Source: a virus
Virus record (IMG/VR): IMGVR_UViG_3300028840_005764
Span: 64,001 to 128,000 of that record
Reading direction: 5' to 3' (one strand)
DNA length: 64,000 nt
Part shown: piece after piece, positions 1 through 9,294 of the stretch
How the letters are laid out: every line of letters begins with the position of its first letter
How positions within the stretch are numbered: position 1 is the first letter of the stretch
The notes under the pieces: model-generated
What the model was told of the DNA's origin: nothing
Database searches by the model: none
Seen by the model: the letters and a program-made list of their open reading frames with translations, nothing else
Position numbers and translations under genes: made by a program

Positions 1-1
1 A

Positions 2-502
<501 letters not shown>

Positions 503-541
503 CTTATTCGCATTTTTTGTCTCTTACTTTGGCGGTAAGCA

Positions 542-979
542 ATGGATGAAACAAATAGAACGAGGCACCGTGCCGTTGACCGTATTGATGGCTGCATAAT
601 ACCTACTGGGTTTGAGTACTTCGTCGAGCTAATGGAGGAAATTAGTGCGGTGAAACACAAGGGTACTGTAAGCGTTTTTTTGGATGAAACTGAGCGCCCT
701 TTTCTATCTATCATGAAACAGGGCAGCAATAATCAGCGCATCACTATCGTGCTCAATAAGAGTAGAGAGTGGGAGCCAACAAGACGTTACAAAAGTATTA
801 CTCTTGAACCATGGCATACAGGAGATATCAGAGTTACGGTGCCTGCGAACGAGAAAGCACTGAAACAGGCATTCAAGCTTGCACGCGAGTGGAAAGAGGC
901 AAAGGATTTCCATAAGCCCACTACCACTGTGCTTGGTACAAAAAAAGGTATACGACGTCGGCCTCGTCCAAAACTGTAG
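542..979 (+). CDS. Hypothetical protein with C-terminal IRRRPRPKL tag
   Basis: 145-aa ORF in operon position between the poly-Asp gene and dnaE. Confidence 0.65.
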   Translation: MDETNRTRHRAVDRIDGCIIPTGFEYFVELMEEISAVKHKGTVSVFLDETERPFLSIMKQGSNNQRITIVLNKSREWEPTRRYKSITLEPWHTGDIRVTVPANEKALKQAFKLAREWKEAKDFHKPTTTVLGTKKGIRRRPRPKL

Positions 980-1015
980 ACCCATCTTCTGTACAATTCT
1001 ATCCTGAGACGAAGC

Positions 1016-4000
1016 ATGAAACACTTCGCACATCTGCACGTCCATTCTGAATATTCAATTCTTAAAGGGATTGGTGAGATCAAGTCCTGGTATGAAGCAG
1101 CTGCAAAGCGTGGGATATCGGCATTAGCTTTTACTGAATATGGGAATATGAATTCTGCTATGGCTTCTTATCTACAGTCATTAGATACGGATGGAGTGAA
1201 GGCAATATTTGGTATGCAAACTCTTGTTGTACAGGATGTGCATGCGACCATGCAAGAGGAACCAATAATATTACTGGCTAAAAATGAGACAGGTTATAAG
1301 AATTTATTGCAACTGAATAATTGGGCGTGGATAAATGGGTTTGATAGTAAACGTCAAACCGCACGCGTTGGCTATGAACAATTATATGATTACAGGAAGG
1401 GTTTATTTGCATTGACAGGCTCGCTTTCTGGGCCTGTGGCAATGGCTTCTGAAGTTGATTTTCATATTGCTGAAAGAGCTATTTATCAATTGAAAGAAAT
1501 ATTTGGTAAGCGCTTATATCTTGAACTTCAATTGAATGATGTACATGAACAAAAAATATATAATAATAAATTGATTAGATTATCACATAATACAAATGTA
1601 GAAATAGTTATTACAAACGATTGTCATTATCCCAATAAAGGAGAACACAAATTAGCTGATGTTGTGGAGAAAATAGATCGAATGAGTATTAAATCCTCTA
1701 AAAGAGGAAGATCATTTGATAGCACACAAAAGTGGTTAAAGAGTTATAAACAATTAAATATTATTAGAAATAAACTTCATGCTTATATTACATTAACAGA
1801 TTTTAATAAATATGTCTCGAATACTAATAAAATAGCGGAACAATGTAATGTTAGTATATCTATTGGTAAACATAGTTTGCCACAATATGATATAAAATCA
1901 CATCCTATGTATGAAGATGATATGAAAGATGATAAAGATTTATTTAATAAAATAGCTAAGACTGGATTTCGTAGTAAAATAATAAAAAGTAAAAAGAGAA
2001 AGAATAATAAAAAGAAATATTTGAAACAGTTTAAATATGAAGTTGATATTATAGGCAAAGCAAATTTCATAAATTATTTTTTAATTGTTGAAGATATTAT
2101 TAGATACGCGAGAGTATCAAATATTGAAGTGGGCGCAGCGCGCGGTTCTGTTGCTGGTTCATTGGTTGCATTCTGTATGGGTATTACTGATGTAGATCCG
2201 TTTGAATTTGATTTGATGTTTGAGCGTTTTTTGAATCCAACACGTATTAGTGGTGAGCGCGCGCAAAGTGCTGACGCGCTGCCTGATATTGACTTGGATT
2301 TTGAGAGGGTAAGGCGCCCTGAAATTAAGAAATATTTAGTTGAAAAGTATGGAGAAGATAGAGTTTGTACAATTGGTTCGTATCAGACTATGAAATTGAA
2401 GAGTTTATTACGTGACTTACATAGAGCATTCGAACATCGTATACCAGATGAGACAGGTTATTATGATTATAGTAATGATGAATTATTTGCTTTAATTAGG
2501 AAATTAGACAAAGACAAAATTGATGACTTAGATAAAGCTTTGAATAAAAGTGAAGCGTTTAAGGAGTTTTATAAAAGATTTCCTTATTTTGTTGACTTTT
2601 ATTTGAAGAAACTTGATGGGCAAATTCGTTCACGCTCTAAACATGCGGCTGGTGTCATTGTGACACCAACATCCATATCAGATTGGATTCCGATTAGGAC
2701 ACAGAAGGTTGAAGATGAAGAGGAACGAGTCGCTGTTTCACAGTGGGAAGATACCTTTTGTGAGCGTCGTGGTTTGCTTAAGTTAGATGTGCTTGGCATC
2801 AAGACCCTCAACGTTTTCAAACGTGCCAGGGAGCTTATCCTCAAGCGACGCGGTAAAAAGATCGATCTATCTAAAGTTAGGTTGGACGACCAGGATGTGT
2901 TTGATGAATTTGATGCTGGTAAAACCGAGGGTGTTTTTCAGTTTAATTCTCATTTACAGAGTCAATATCTGAAGCGTTTAGATGTGACAGAGTTTGAAGA
3001 TCTTATTACTACTAATGCTTTGTTGCGGCCTGGCCCAATGGATGCGAAGGCTCATGAATTATATATTGAATTGAAGTCTGGTGAACGCAAACCAAAATAT
3101 GATCATCCTATGATTGAACCGTATCTGCGTAGGACATATGGACTTTATGTGTATCAGGAAGACGTTATGCGCACTGCGCATGTTCTTGGTAAATTGACTT
3201 TGGCAGAAGCAGATATTATGCGCACTGCTATGAAAAAACACGACAAAGATCAGATGGAGGCTTTTCGTGAGAAATTTGTTAAAGGATGTGTGGAAAATGG
3301 TTTGAAGAAAAAACATGGGAATAAGGTTTGGGATAAATTACTGGCATTTTTTGCTTATGGTTTCAATAGATGTATACACGCCTTTTCAGAAATAACTCTA
3401 TCAAATGGTAAAAAAAGAAGAATATCTAGATTGTATAATGATTATCTAAAAGGGAAGGAAATAGTATTAAAAAGTTATGATATAGAAACTGGAAAAATTG
3501 TTGATAATGTAGTTGAAGAGATTGTATATACTGGTAAAAAGAATTTAGCTAAGTTTTTTCTACAAGATGGTAAGAATATACGGTTGACAAGTAGACACGG
3601 TATTGGCACTGATCGTGGTTTTCGATTGATGAAAGATATTATTAATACCGATCTGATTTGGATATTAAATGGAAGTGAGGCGCAACAAGTTGGCGTTGAT
3701 GCTTATAATACTTTTTATGATGATAGATACAAAGAAGATACATATGATATTGTAATGGTAAATAAACCGCATAATTATTTCGCCAATGACATACTTGTTC
3801 ATAACAGCCACAGCGCAAGCTATGCATTGATTGGATATCTTTGTCAATGGTTGAAAGTATATTATCCGCTTGAATATTGGTCTGCGACATTAGAGTACGC
3901 TGCAGACGACGAAAAGAAGTCTGAAAATATATGGACTTTTCGTAGTACTATTATTAAGTATGGATATCAATTTGAACGCCCACGTGCAAATCGCAGTGAT

Positions 4001-4702
4001 TATCATTTCTCGATATCTAAGCGAGGCAGAATCATATGGCCAATCAGGGCTATCAAAGGCGTGGGTGTTAAAAGTGCGATTGCAATAGCTCAAGCTTGTA
4101 AGGAACATAAGCCAAAGACTCTTGTTGATTTTTATAATGTTGTACCGAAGAGGTCTGCTAATAAAAGAGTATTCAATAAACTTATCACATCTGGCGCATT
4201 CGATAATTTTGGTACACCATATGAGATTGCAAAAGAATATTATGAAGATATTCGCCGCGAGGAAATACCTAAAGAACTTAATGTGCCAAGTAAACGTAAA
4301 GCGTATTGGATGAAAATGCGCGAAAGTGTATTAGGTTATATGGAAAAATCTTTCCAACAACAGTTCTCTCACTGGTTCAGCAAGAGCATCACTCCAGTTT
4401 CTGAATTGGCCAATATACCAAGTGGTAAATATGTTATATCAGGTGGAAAAGTAAAGAGAAGTTTTCCTTATAATGCCAGAACAGGTTGGATGTTTTTTGT
4501 CACAGTATATGATTTGGACGGGGAGTTCTTGTTAATGATTACCCCTGAGTATTATAAGAGACACAAGAAAAAAGTGAAAGAAGGCGACATCATCGAAGTG
4601 CTTGGTAGATGTGGGAGATCAAAGCGAGGAGAAATACAGATTACTCTTGGCAAGGATAAGGCGTCACAGCTAGAAGTATATGACTTGTCTCATGAAATTT
4701 GA
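1016..4702 (+). CDS. dnaE: DNA polymerase III alpha subunit (family C), intein-containing
   Basis: N-terminal PHP motif HLHVHSEYS, RGSVAGSLVAF, FERFLNP, catalytic PDIDLDF, KHAAGV, LLKLDVLG, GVFQF, YQED, GFN|SH. Confidence 0.96.
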   Translation: MKHFAHLHVHSEYSILKGIGEIKSWYEAAAKRGISALAFTEYGNMNSAMASYLQSLDTDGVKAIFGMQTLVVQDVHATMQEEPIILLAKNETGYKNLLQLNNWAWINGFDSKRQTARVGYEQLYDYRKGLFALTGSLSGPVAMASEVDFHIAERAIYQLKEIFGKRLYLELQLNDVHEQKIYNNKLIRLSHNTNVEIVITNDCHYPNKGEHKLADVVEKIDRMSIKSSKRGRSFDSTQKWLKSYKQLNIIRNKLHAYITLTDFNKYVSNTNKIAEQCNVSISIGKHSLPQYDIKSHPMYEDDMKDDKDLFNKIAKTGFRSKIIKSKKRKNNKKKYLKQFKYEVDIIGKANFINYFLIVEDIIRYARVSNIEVGAARGSVAGSLVAFCMGITDVDPFEFDLMFERFLNPTRISGERAQSADALPDIDLDFERVRRPEIKKYLVEKYGEDRVCTIGSYQTMKLKSLLRDLHRAFEHRIPDETGYYDYSNDELFALIRKLDKDKIDDLDKALNKSEAFKEFYKRFPYFVDFYLKKLDGQIRSRSKHAAGVIVTPTSISDWIPIRTQKVEDEEERVAVSQWEDTFCERRGLLKLDVLGIKTLNVFKRARELILKRRGKKIDLSKVRLDDQDVFDEFDAGKTEGVFQFNSHLQSQYLKRLDVTEFEDLITTNALLRPGPMDAKAHELYIELKSGERKPKYDHPMIEPYLRRTYGLYVYQEDVMRTAHVLGKLTLAEADIMRTAMKKHDKDQMEAFREKFVKGCVENGLKKKHGNKVWDKLLAFFAYGFNRCIHAFSEITLSNGKKRRISRLYNDYLKGKEIVLKSYDIETGKIVDNVVEEIVYTGKKNLAKFFLQDGKNIRLTSRHGIGTDRGFRLMKDIINTDLIWILNGSEAQQVGVDAYNTFYDDRYKEDTYDIVMVNKPHNYFANDILVHNSHSASYALIGYLCQWLKVYYPLEYWSATLEYAADDEKKSENIWTFRSTIIKYGYQFERPRANRSDYHFSISKRGRIIWPIRAIKGVGVKSAIAIAQACKEHKPKTLVDFYNVVPKRSANKRVFNKLITSGAFDNFGTPYEIAKEYYEDIRREEIPKELNVPSKRKAYWMKMRESVLGYMEKSFQQQFSHWFSKSITPVSELANIPSGKYVISGGKVKRSFPYNARTGWMFFVTVYDLDGEFLLMITPEYYKRHKKKVKEGDIIEVLGRCGRSKRGEIQITLGKDKASQLEVYDLSHEI
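3371..3805 (+). mobile_element. Mini-intein (145 aa, no homing endonuclease) in DnaE
   Basis: Interrupts AYGFNR|SHSASY. Starts CIHAFSEI, has block B TSRH, ends block F/G TYDI..HNYFANDILVHN followed by Ser+1. Confidence 0.93.
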
Positions 4703-4806
4703 ACTCCAACTTCATTAAAAATTTCTTAATATTTTTCTCTATGGTGGTATATATTATCGTACGCCGTCGGCAAACGGTTTGCCGCACTATAACAAGGAGT
4801 AAAAAG

Positions 4807-5247
4807 ATGGCGAAGGACAAGAAAGAGAAGAAAAGCAAGAAGGAAAAGAAAGAGAAGAAGTCCAACAACAACGAGGCGACTGAAACTCAGGCTGCTGATG
4901 ACGGCGAGGAGAAGAAGGCGAAGAAGTCCAAGAAGGACAAAAAGGACAAGAAATCAAAAAAGAAATCCAAAAGTTCGAATGGCGAACCACAGACATTCAC
5001 GGTTGCGGATCTTGCCGACAAGGCGGATGTGGATATCCGTGATGCGAAATCTCTGTTCAACATTCTTGGCCGTACTCTCGAGAAGATGCCATTGGGTTCG
5101 AAAGTACGACTCAACAACATCTGCAACTTCGTGAAGATCGAGACCAAGCCACGGAAAAGTCGCAATCCACGTACCGGGGAACCAGTGGATGTTCCATCGA
5201 AGAGGAAGGTCAAGGCGAAGATTTCGAACAATCTGAAGAACCTCTGA
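4807..5247 (+). CDS. HU/IHF-family DNA-binding protein with Lys-rich N-terminal extension
   Basis: C-terminal HU arm motif RKSRNPRTGEPVDVPSKRKVK. Start placed at ATG 4807 after AAGGAG. Confidence 0.88.
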   Translation: MAKDKKEKKSKKEKKEKKSNNNEATETQAADDGEEKKAKKSKKDKKDKKSKKKSKSSNGEPQTFTVADLADKADVDIRDAKSLFNILGRTLEKMPLGSKVRLNNICNFVKIETKPRKSRNPRTGEPVDVPSKRKVKAKISNNLKNL

Positions 5248-5263
5248 GCACGTCTGACCTGCA

Positions 5264-5776
5264 GTGGCAAAAAAACGAAATCGGCTGAGGGAGCTTCTTC
5301 TCATCAAGGATCATCTCCTTGGTGAGAAGATTGTTCTCGATGTTTGGGATGATCTCAAGCTGAACGAAGACGAACCTGAAGTAATGATGCAGGATTGTCT
5401 TTTCGGGCACCAGTTGTCTGGGCATCTTGAGGCTGTGGCAGAGGCGCGATATGAACTTGGCAAGGTCGAGTTAGATCACGTCTATGCCGAGATGGACAAT
5501 TTCGCGCGTGAGATGGAGGTCATGGCAAGACCAACAGATGCTAAGGTAAAAGCATGGATTCTACGTGAAGGAAAATATATAACCAAACGCAAAGAATTAA
5601 TTGAATTAAAAATGAAGTATCAATTCTTGAAAGTATTAAGTAAATCATTCGTAATGAAGGCTGATTTCATTCGTACGAAAGTGGCAAGCAGACGCGCTGA
5701 GCTCGCGATGCCAGCGACTTCTGTTGAGACAGTGAAGAGAAAGAAAAAAAAGAAGAAGAAAAAATCGGAGGAATAA
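5264..5776 (+). CDS. UvsY-like recombination mediator (putative) with poly-Lys tail
   Basis: Helical coiled coil with PTDAKVKAWI...Y...K pattern, immediately upstream of the SSB-like and RecA genes. Confidence 0.55.
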   Translation: MAKKRNRLRELLLIKDHLLGEKIVLDVWDDLKLNEDEPEVMMQDCLFGHQLSGHLEAVAEARYELGKVELDHVYAEMDNFAREMEVMARPTDAKVKAWILREGKYITKRKELIELKMKYQFLKVLSKSFVMKADFIRTKVASRRAELAMPATSVETVKRKKKKKKKKSEE

Positions 5777-6769
5777 ATGGCCGTCAAGACTGACCTGGCC
5801 AAGCTAGGTAAACGGGCCGCCGATCATAAAGCTGGTAGGGACAGATATGACGGCCCAGGCAATTTCATAGTTGAAGCAGATTCAAGCAGGTTCATCATTC
5901 TCTGCCCACCGCACGAAAACATGGGTGGTTATCCATTCGTCGAAAACATGTATCATCACCGTGATATACCACGGGATGCTAATGGTAGTTTCAACATCCG
6001 CTGTATGCGGAATAACTACAAAGATGATACTAATAAATGCGCACCTTGTACAAAGATGGTCAAATTCAGAAAGAAGCGCAAGGACAAGGGCGACAAATGG
6101 GATGAGAAAGCGCGCGAACACGCACCAAAGTTGAAGCCAATTGGGCAGGTGATCGACATTACCTGTATCATGCGTGCCAATGGCGAGATTAAGAAAAAAG
6201 TCAAGCCGTGTTTTGGCGCTTATGGCGACGAAGACGGTTGTGACAAGTGCTATATGCGCGACGCGTGTGAGGACCTCCCCAAGAAGTACTATTGCCCAGT
6301 GGGCGTGTGGGAGGAGCTGCTCGACCATTTCGAGGACGAGGGCGACATCACAGACTTGAGTAAGGCTATCCCAATTCGTATTAAGCGTAAGGGTTCTGGT
6401 CGCTACGATACGAAGTACAAGACCAAGGCCTTCCCAAAGTCGGCTATCGAGTTCCCATCCAAAGCCAGGAAGCGTATCGAGAAAGCGCTCTATGATCTAA
6501 GTACTCTGGATCCAAAACCAGAGGGTACGGCGGATGAGATAAAAGAAAAGTACAGAAAGTTCTTCTCACTGGAGGATATAGATACTGACACCAGTGGCGA
6601 TGATGATGACGACGAGCCCAAGCGTCGTCCGCGGTCTGGTGGTAAGAAAAAATCTGCAAAGAAAAATAACAAAAAGAAGTCCAGTGAGAATACGGACAAA
6701 AAGAAACGCGGCGAGAAGCTCAGGAACAAGTTGAAGAAGAAAGCGAAGAAGGGCAAACTCGACCGTTAG
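5777..6769 (+). CDS. gp32-like single-stranded DNA-binding protein (putative)
   Basis: Zn-type H...C...CxxC, GDITDL...IRIKRKGSG..DTKY core, acidic patch; sits next to recA. Confidence 0.65.
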   Translation: MAVKTDLAKLGKRAADHKAGRDRYDGPGNFIVEADSSRFIILCPPHENMGGYPFVENMYHHRDIPRDANGSFNIRCMRNNYKDDTNKCAPCTKMVKFRKKRKDKGDKWDEKAREHAPKLKPIGQVIDITCIMRANGEIKKKVKPCFGAYGDEDGCDKCYMRDACEDLPKKYYCPVGVWEELLDHFEDEGDITDLSKAIPIRIKRKGSGRYDTKYKTKAFPKSAIEFPSKARKRIEKALYDLSTLDPKPEGTADEIKEKYRKFFSLEDIDTDTSGDDDDDEPKRRPRSGGKKKSAKKNNKKKSSENTDKKKRGEKLRNKLKKKAKKGKLDR

Positions 6770-6781
6770 TGGAATCAGTAA

Positions 6782-7867
6782 ATGATTTGTCGAATCCCCC
6801 GTAGGAAGACAGAGCACACACAGAAAAAAAAGGTATCCAGAAATCAGTTGATTCGTTCGCTGAAGAAAATCGGATACAAAGATCTATCGGATCAATCGAG
6901 TTCTCTGCTTGTTCGGCGATGTCTTCCTACGGGGATTCCATGTCTCGACGTGCTCTCAGCCTGTGACGTGGATGGTGTCTACGGCTTACCATTTGGCCGT
7001 CAGATTGAATTCTCCGGGAAAGAAGATTCTGGTAAGACCAGCATCATGCTGGCCATAGCGGCCTCTGCACAGCGCCAGGGGTACATCGTGCTTTGGATAG
7101 AGACAGAGCAGACTTTGTCAAAGGAAAGAGCTCAGGTGCTGGGCGCTGACATCGATTACTTCCTGTTGGATGAGCCTGACTACCTGGAACAGGCCATATC
7201 TCGTGTCAAAAAAGCGGTGGAAAAATTACCACAATATGATGAGAAAGGATATTCGAAGAATAAAGGTCTTGTGATTTTTTGGGACAGCATTGCCGCTACT
7301 CCAACAAAGGCAGAGTATGCGCCCAAGAAAAAGAAAGACGTCGATGAGGAAAAAGACAGTGCGATGGCTGATTTCGCAAGGAAGATGTCTCGCTTTCAAC
7401 GGCAAATGAAGAAGAAGATTGCGAAGCGCAATGTGATGATGATCTACGCTAATCAAATCAAAGAGAAGATTGGTGTTATGTTTGGCTCGAAGACCGCCAC
7501 TTACGGTGGGAAGGCGCTGAAGTATCATTGTACATTGAGATTCGTGATCACATACACGGGAAAAATAAAAGGGAAAAATAACAAACCAGTCGGTATGACT
7601 ATAAAAGTAGATAACATAAAGAATAAATGTCGTATGCCATTCAGAGGTTTTGAGGGCTTGGAATTCACCTTCGGCGGTGGATTCAATTATCCACAAGCTC
7701 TTTTGTATGCTTTGGAAACACTTGGGTATGCAAAGAAAGAAGGACCAAAATATTTTGTGTATCCATTGGGTCAAGAAGCATCTTATAAAAAATCTGAATT
7801 CGAGAAGTTAATAAAAAATAAACCTGTGATAGCAAGAAAACTCATGGAAGTTGTCAATGGTTCCTAA
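6782..7867 (+). CDS. recA: RecA/UvsX recombinase
   Basis: PTGIPCLD, GLPFGRQIEFSGKEDSGKT (Walker A), WDSIAA, NQIKEKIGVMFG, GGKALK, KNK. Confidence 0.93.
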   Translation: MICRIPRRKTEHTQKKKVSRNQLIRSLKKIGYKDLSDQSSSLLVRRCLPTGIPCLDVLSACDVDGVYGLPFGRQIEFSGKEDSGKTSIMLAIAASAQRQGYIVLWIETEQTLSKERAQVLGADIDYFLLDEPDYLEQAISRVKKAVEKLPQYDEKGYSKNKGLVIFWDSIAATPTKAEYAPKKKKDVDEEKDSAMADFARKMSRFQRQMKKKIAKRNVMMIYANQIKEKIGVMFGSKTATYGGKALKYHCTLRFVITYTGKIKGKNNKPVGMTIKVDNIKNKCRMPFRGFEGLEFTFGGGFNYPQALLYALETLGYAKKEGPKYFVYPLGQEASYKKSEFEKLIKNKPVIARKLMEVVNGS

Positions 7868-8171
7868 AGAGCGCATACTTCTCGCCTTGAATGAACATGT
7901 TACTGAAAGGTTGAGAGGGCAGGTGGATCACAATGTCTTACAGATGATTGAAGATTTGGTGAATAAAAGTACTGAAATAGTTTTATATAATATTATTAAA
8001 ACGCACCCAGAGAATGAAATTGATATCGCATTAAGTAGGGTTTCTGGCAATGTGGAGAACTTTATTAGCCTTGTGGTATTGCAATTGATTGATTTTGGTA
8101 GTGGTAGGAACGAGGGCCCATTTATCAATATGTTCGATAGTCTCTTGCAGCAACAATGCGAACTGTCTTGA
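7851..8171 (+). CDS. Hypothetical protein
   Basis: ORF fills the gap between recA and the SbcD-like gene, overlapping the recA stop. Confidence 0.55.
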   Translation: MSMVPKERILLALNEHVTERLRGQVDHNVLQMIEDLVNKSTEIVLYNIIKTHPENEIDIALSRVSGNVENFISLVVLQLIDFGSGRNEGPFINMFDSLLQQQCELS

Positions 8172-8180
8172 AGACCTGCA

Positions 8181-9290
8181 ATGACCCATATTATTACCAG
8201 TGCCGACTGGCATTTACGTAATTCTGATTCCTATGGCGTCTTTGATCACGATGGTGTCAATGACTTTCTGACTTATCGCGTTTCCGCGGCGAGGCAAACA
8301 ATTCAATCAGCGATAGACTGCGGTGGCCATTTGGTCATTGCTGGTGACATGTTAGATGATAAAGTGGTTGATTCTGTAACTATGTATCATGCTTCTGAAC
8401 TTGTGCGTATGATGCAGGGCACCAGGTTGGCTGTGTTGTTGGAGGGCAACCATGGTTATGACAGTAAGAGTAATGCACATTCTTCAATTGCTCATTGGAA
8501 GCATTTGGCTAATAAAAATATAAAGATTATTACATATCCAAAAGTGATACATAAAGATAATATTAGTTATCATTGTATTCCAGCTGTAAATGCTCTTGAA
8601 ATAAATTTTGCTAAGATTGTTGATAGTCTTTGGTGCCATAAGAAAAAAGGCAATGTCAATATACTTGTAATACATGGGCCTGTTATTGGAGCTAGATTTG
8701 ATAGCGGTATTAAATCTAAAACCGGTATCAAAATGAAAGATATCCATAGGGCAAGTAAGAAATATAATTATATTGTATGTGGTGATTTTCATAGATATCA
8801 AATGTTATTTGATAATGTTTGGTATACAGGTTCTTTAATACAAACTTCATTGCGTGATAAAAATCAGGATAAAGGATATCAAATAATAGATTTAGATAAT
8901 GATGAAGTTAAATTTGTGAAATTAAATGGTCCAGAGTTTATTGAATTAGACTGGGAGATTACAAAAAAGATTAGTCCTATTATTAGAAGGCCACATTTAT
9001 ATAAAGGAACATTAAAGAATAGTATTTGTGTCATACGTATATCAGGAACTTCATCAGAATTTAATACTGTATCAAATGAATTAGATTCAGTTAGAGAATC
9101 ACTCATAGAAAATGGATCAATTCGAGTTTTTATAGATAAGCAGACTACGGAATCAAAGAGAAAAAAAGCTACCATTAGTATGAATATGGGATTTCAAGAA
9201 ATGATTGAGTCATATGTGTCTTATAAGAAGCGTTCACTGCCAGCCAAAAAGAAGCAAGTCATAGAAAAAGGTTTGTTTTATATAAGGTGA
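8181..9290 (+). CDS. sbcD: SbcD/Mre11 (gp47-like) metallophosphoesterase nuclease
   Basis: ADWH, AGD, GNH, GDFH and YTGS motifs. Confidence 0.88.
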   Translation: MTHIITSADWHLRNSDSYGVFDHDGVNDFLTYRVSAARQTIQSAIDCGGHLVIAGDMLDDKVVDSVTMYHASELVRMMQGTRLAVLLEGNHGYDSKSNAHSSIAHWKHLANKNIKIITYPKVIHKDNISYHCIPAVNALEINFAKIVDSLWCHKKKGNVNILVIHGPVIGARFDSGIKSKTGIKMKDIHRASKKYNYIVCGDFHRYQMLFDNVWYTGSLIQTSLRDKNQDKGYQIIDLDNDEVKFVKLNGPEFIELDWEITKKISPIIRRPHLYKGTLKNSICVIRISGTSSEFNTVSNELDSVRESLIENGSIRVFIDKQTTESKRKKATISMNMGFQEMIESYVSYKKRSLPAKKKQVIEKGLFYIR

Positions 9291-9294
9291 AAAA

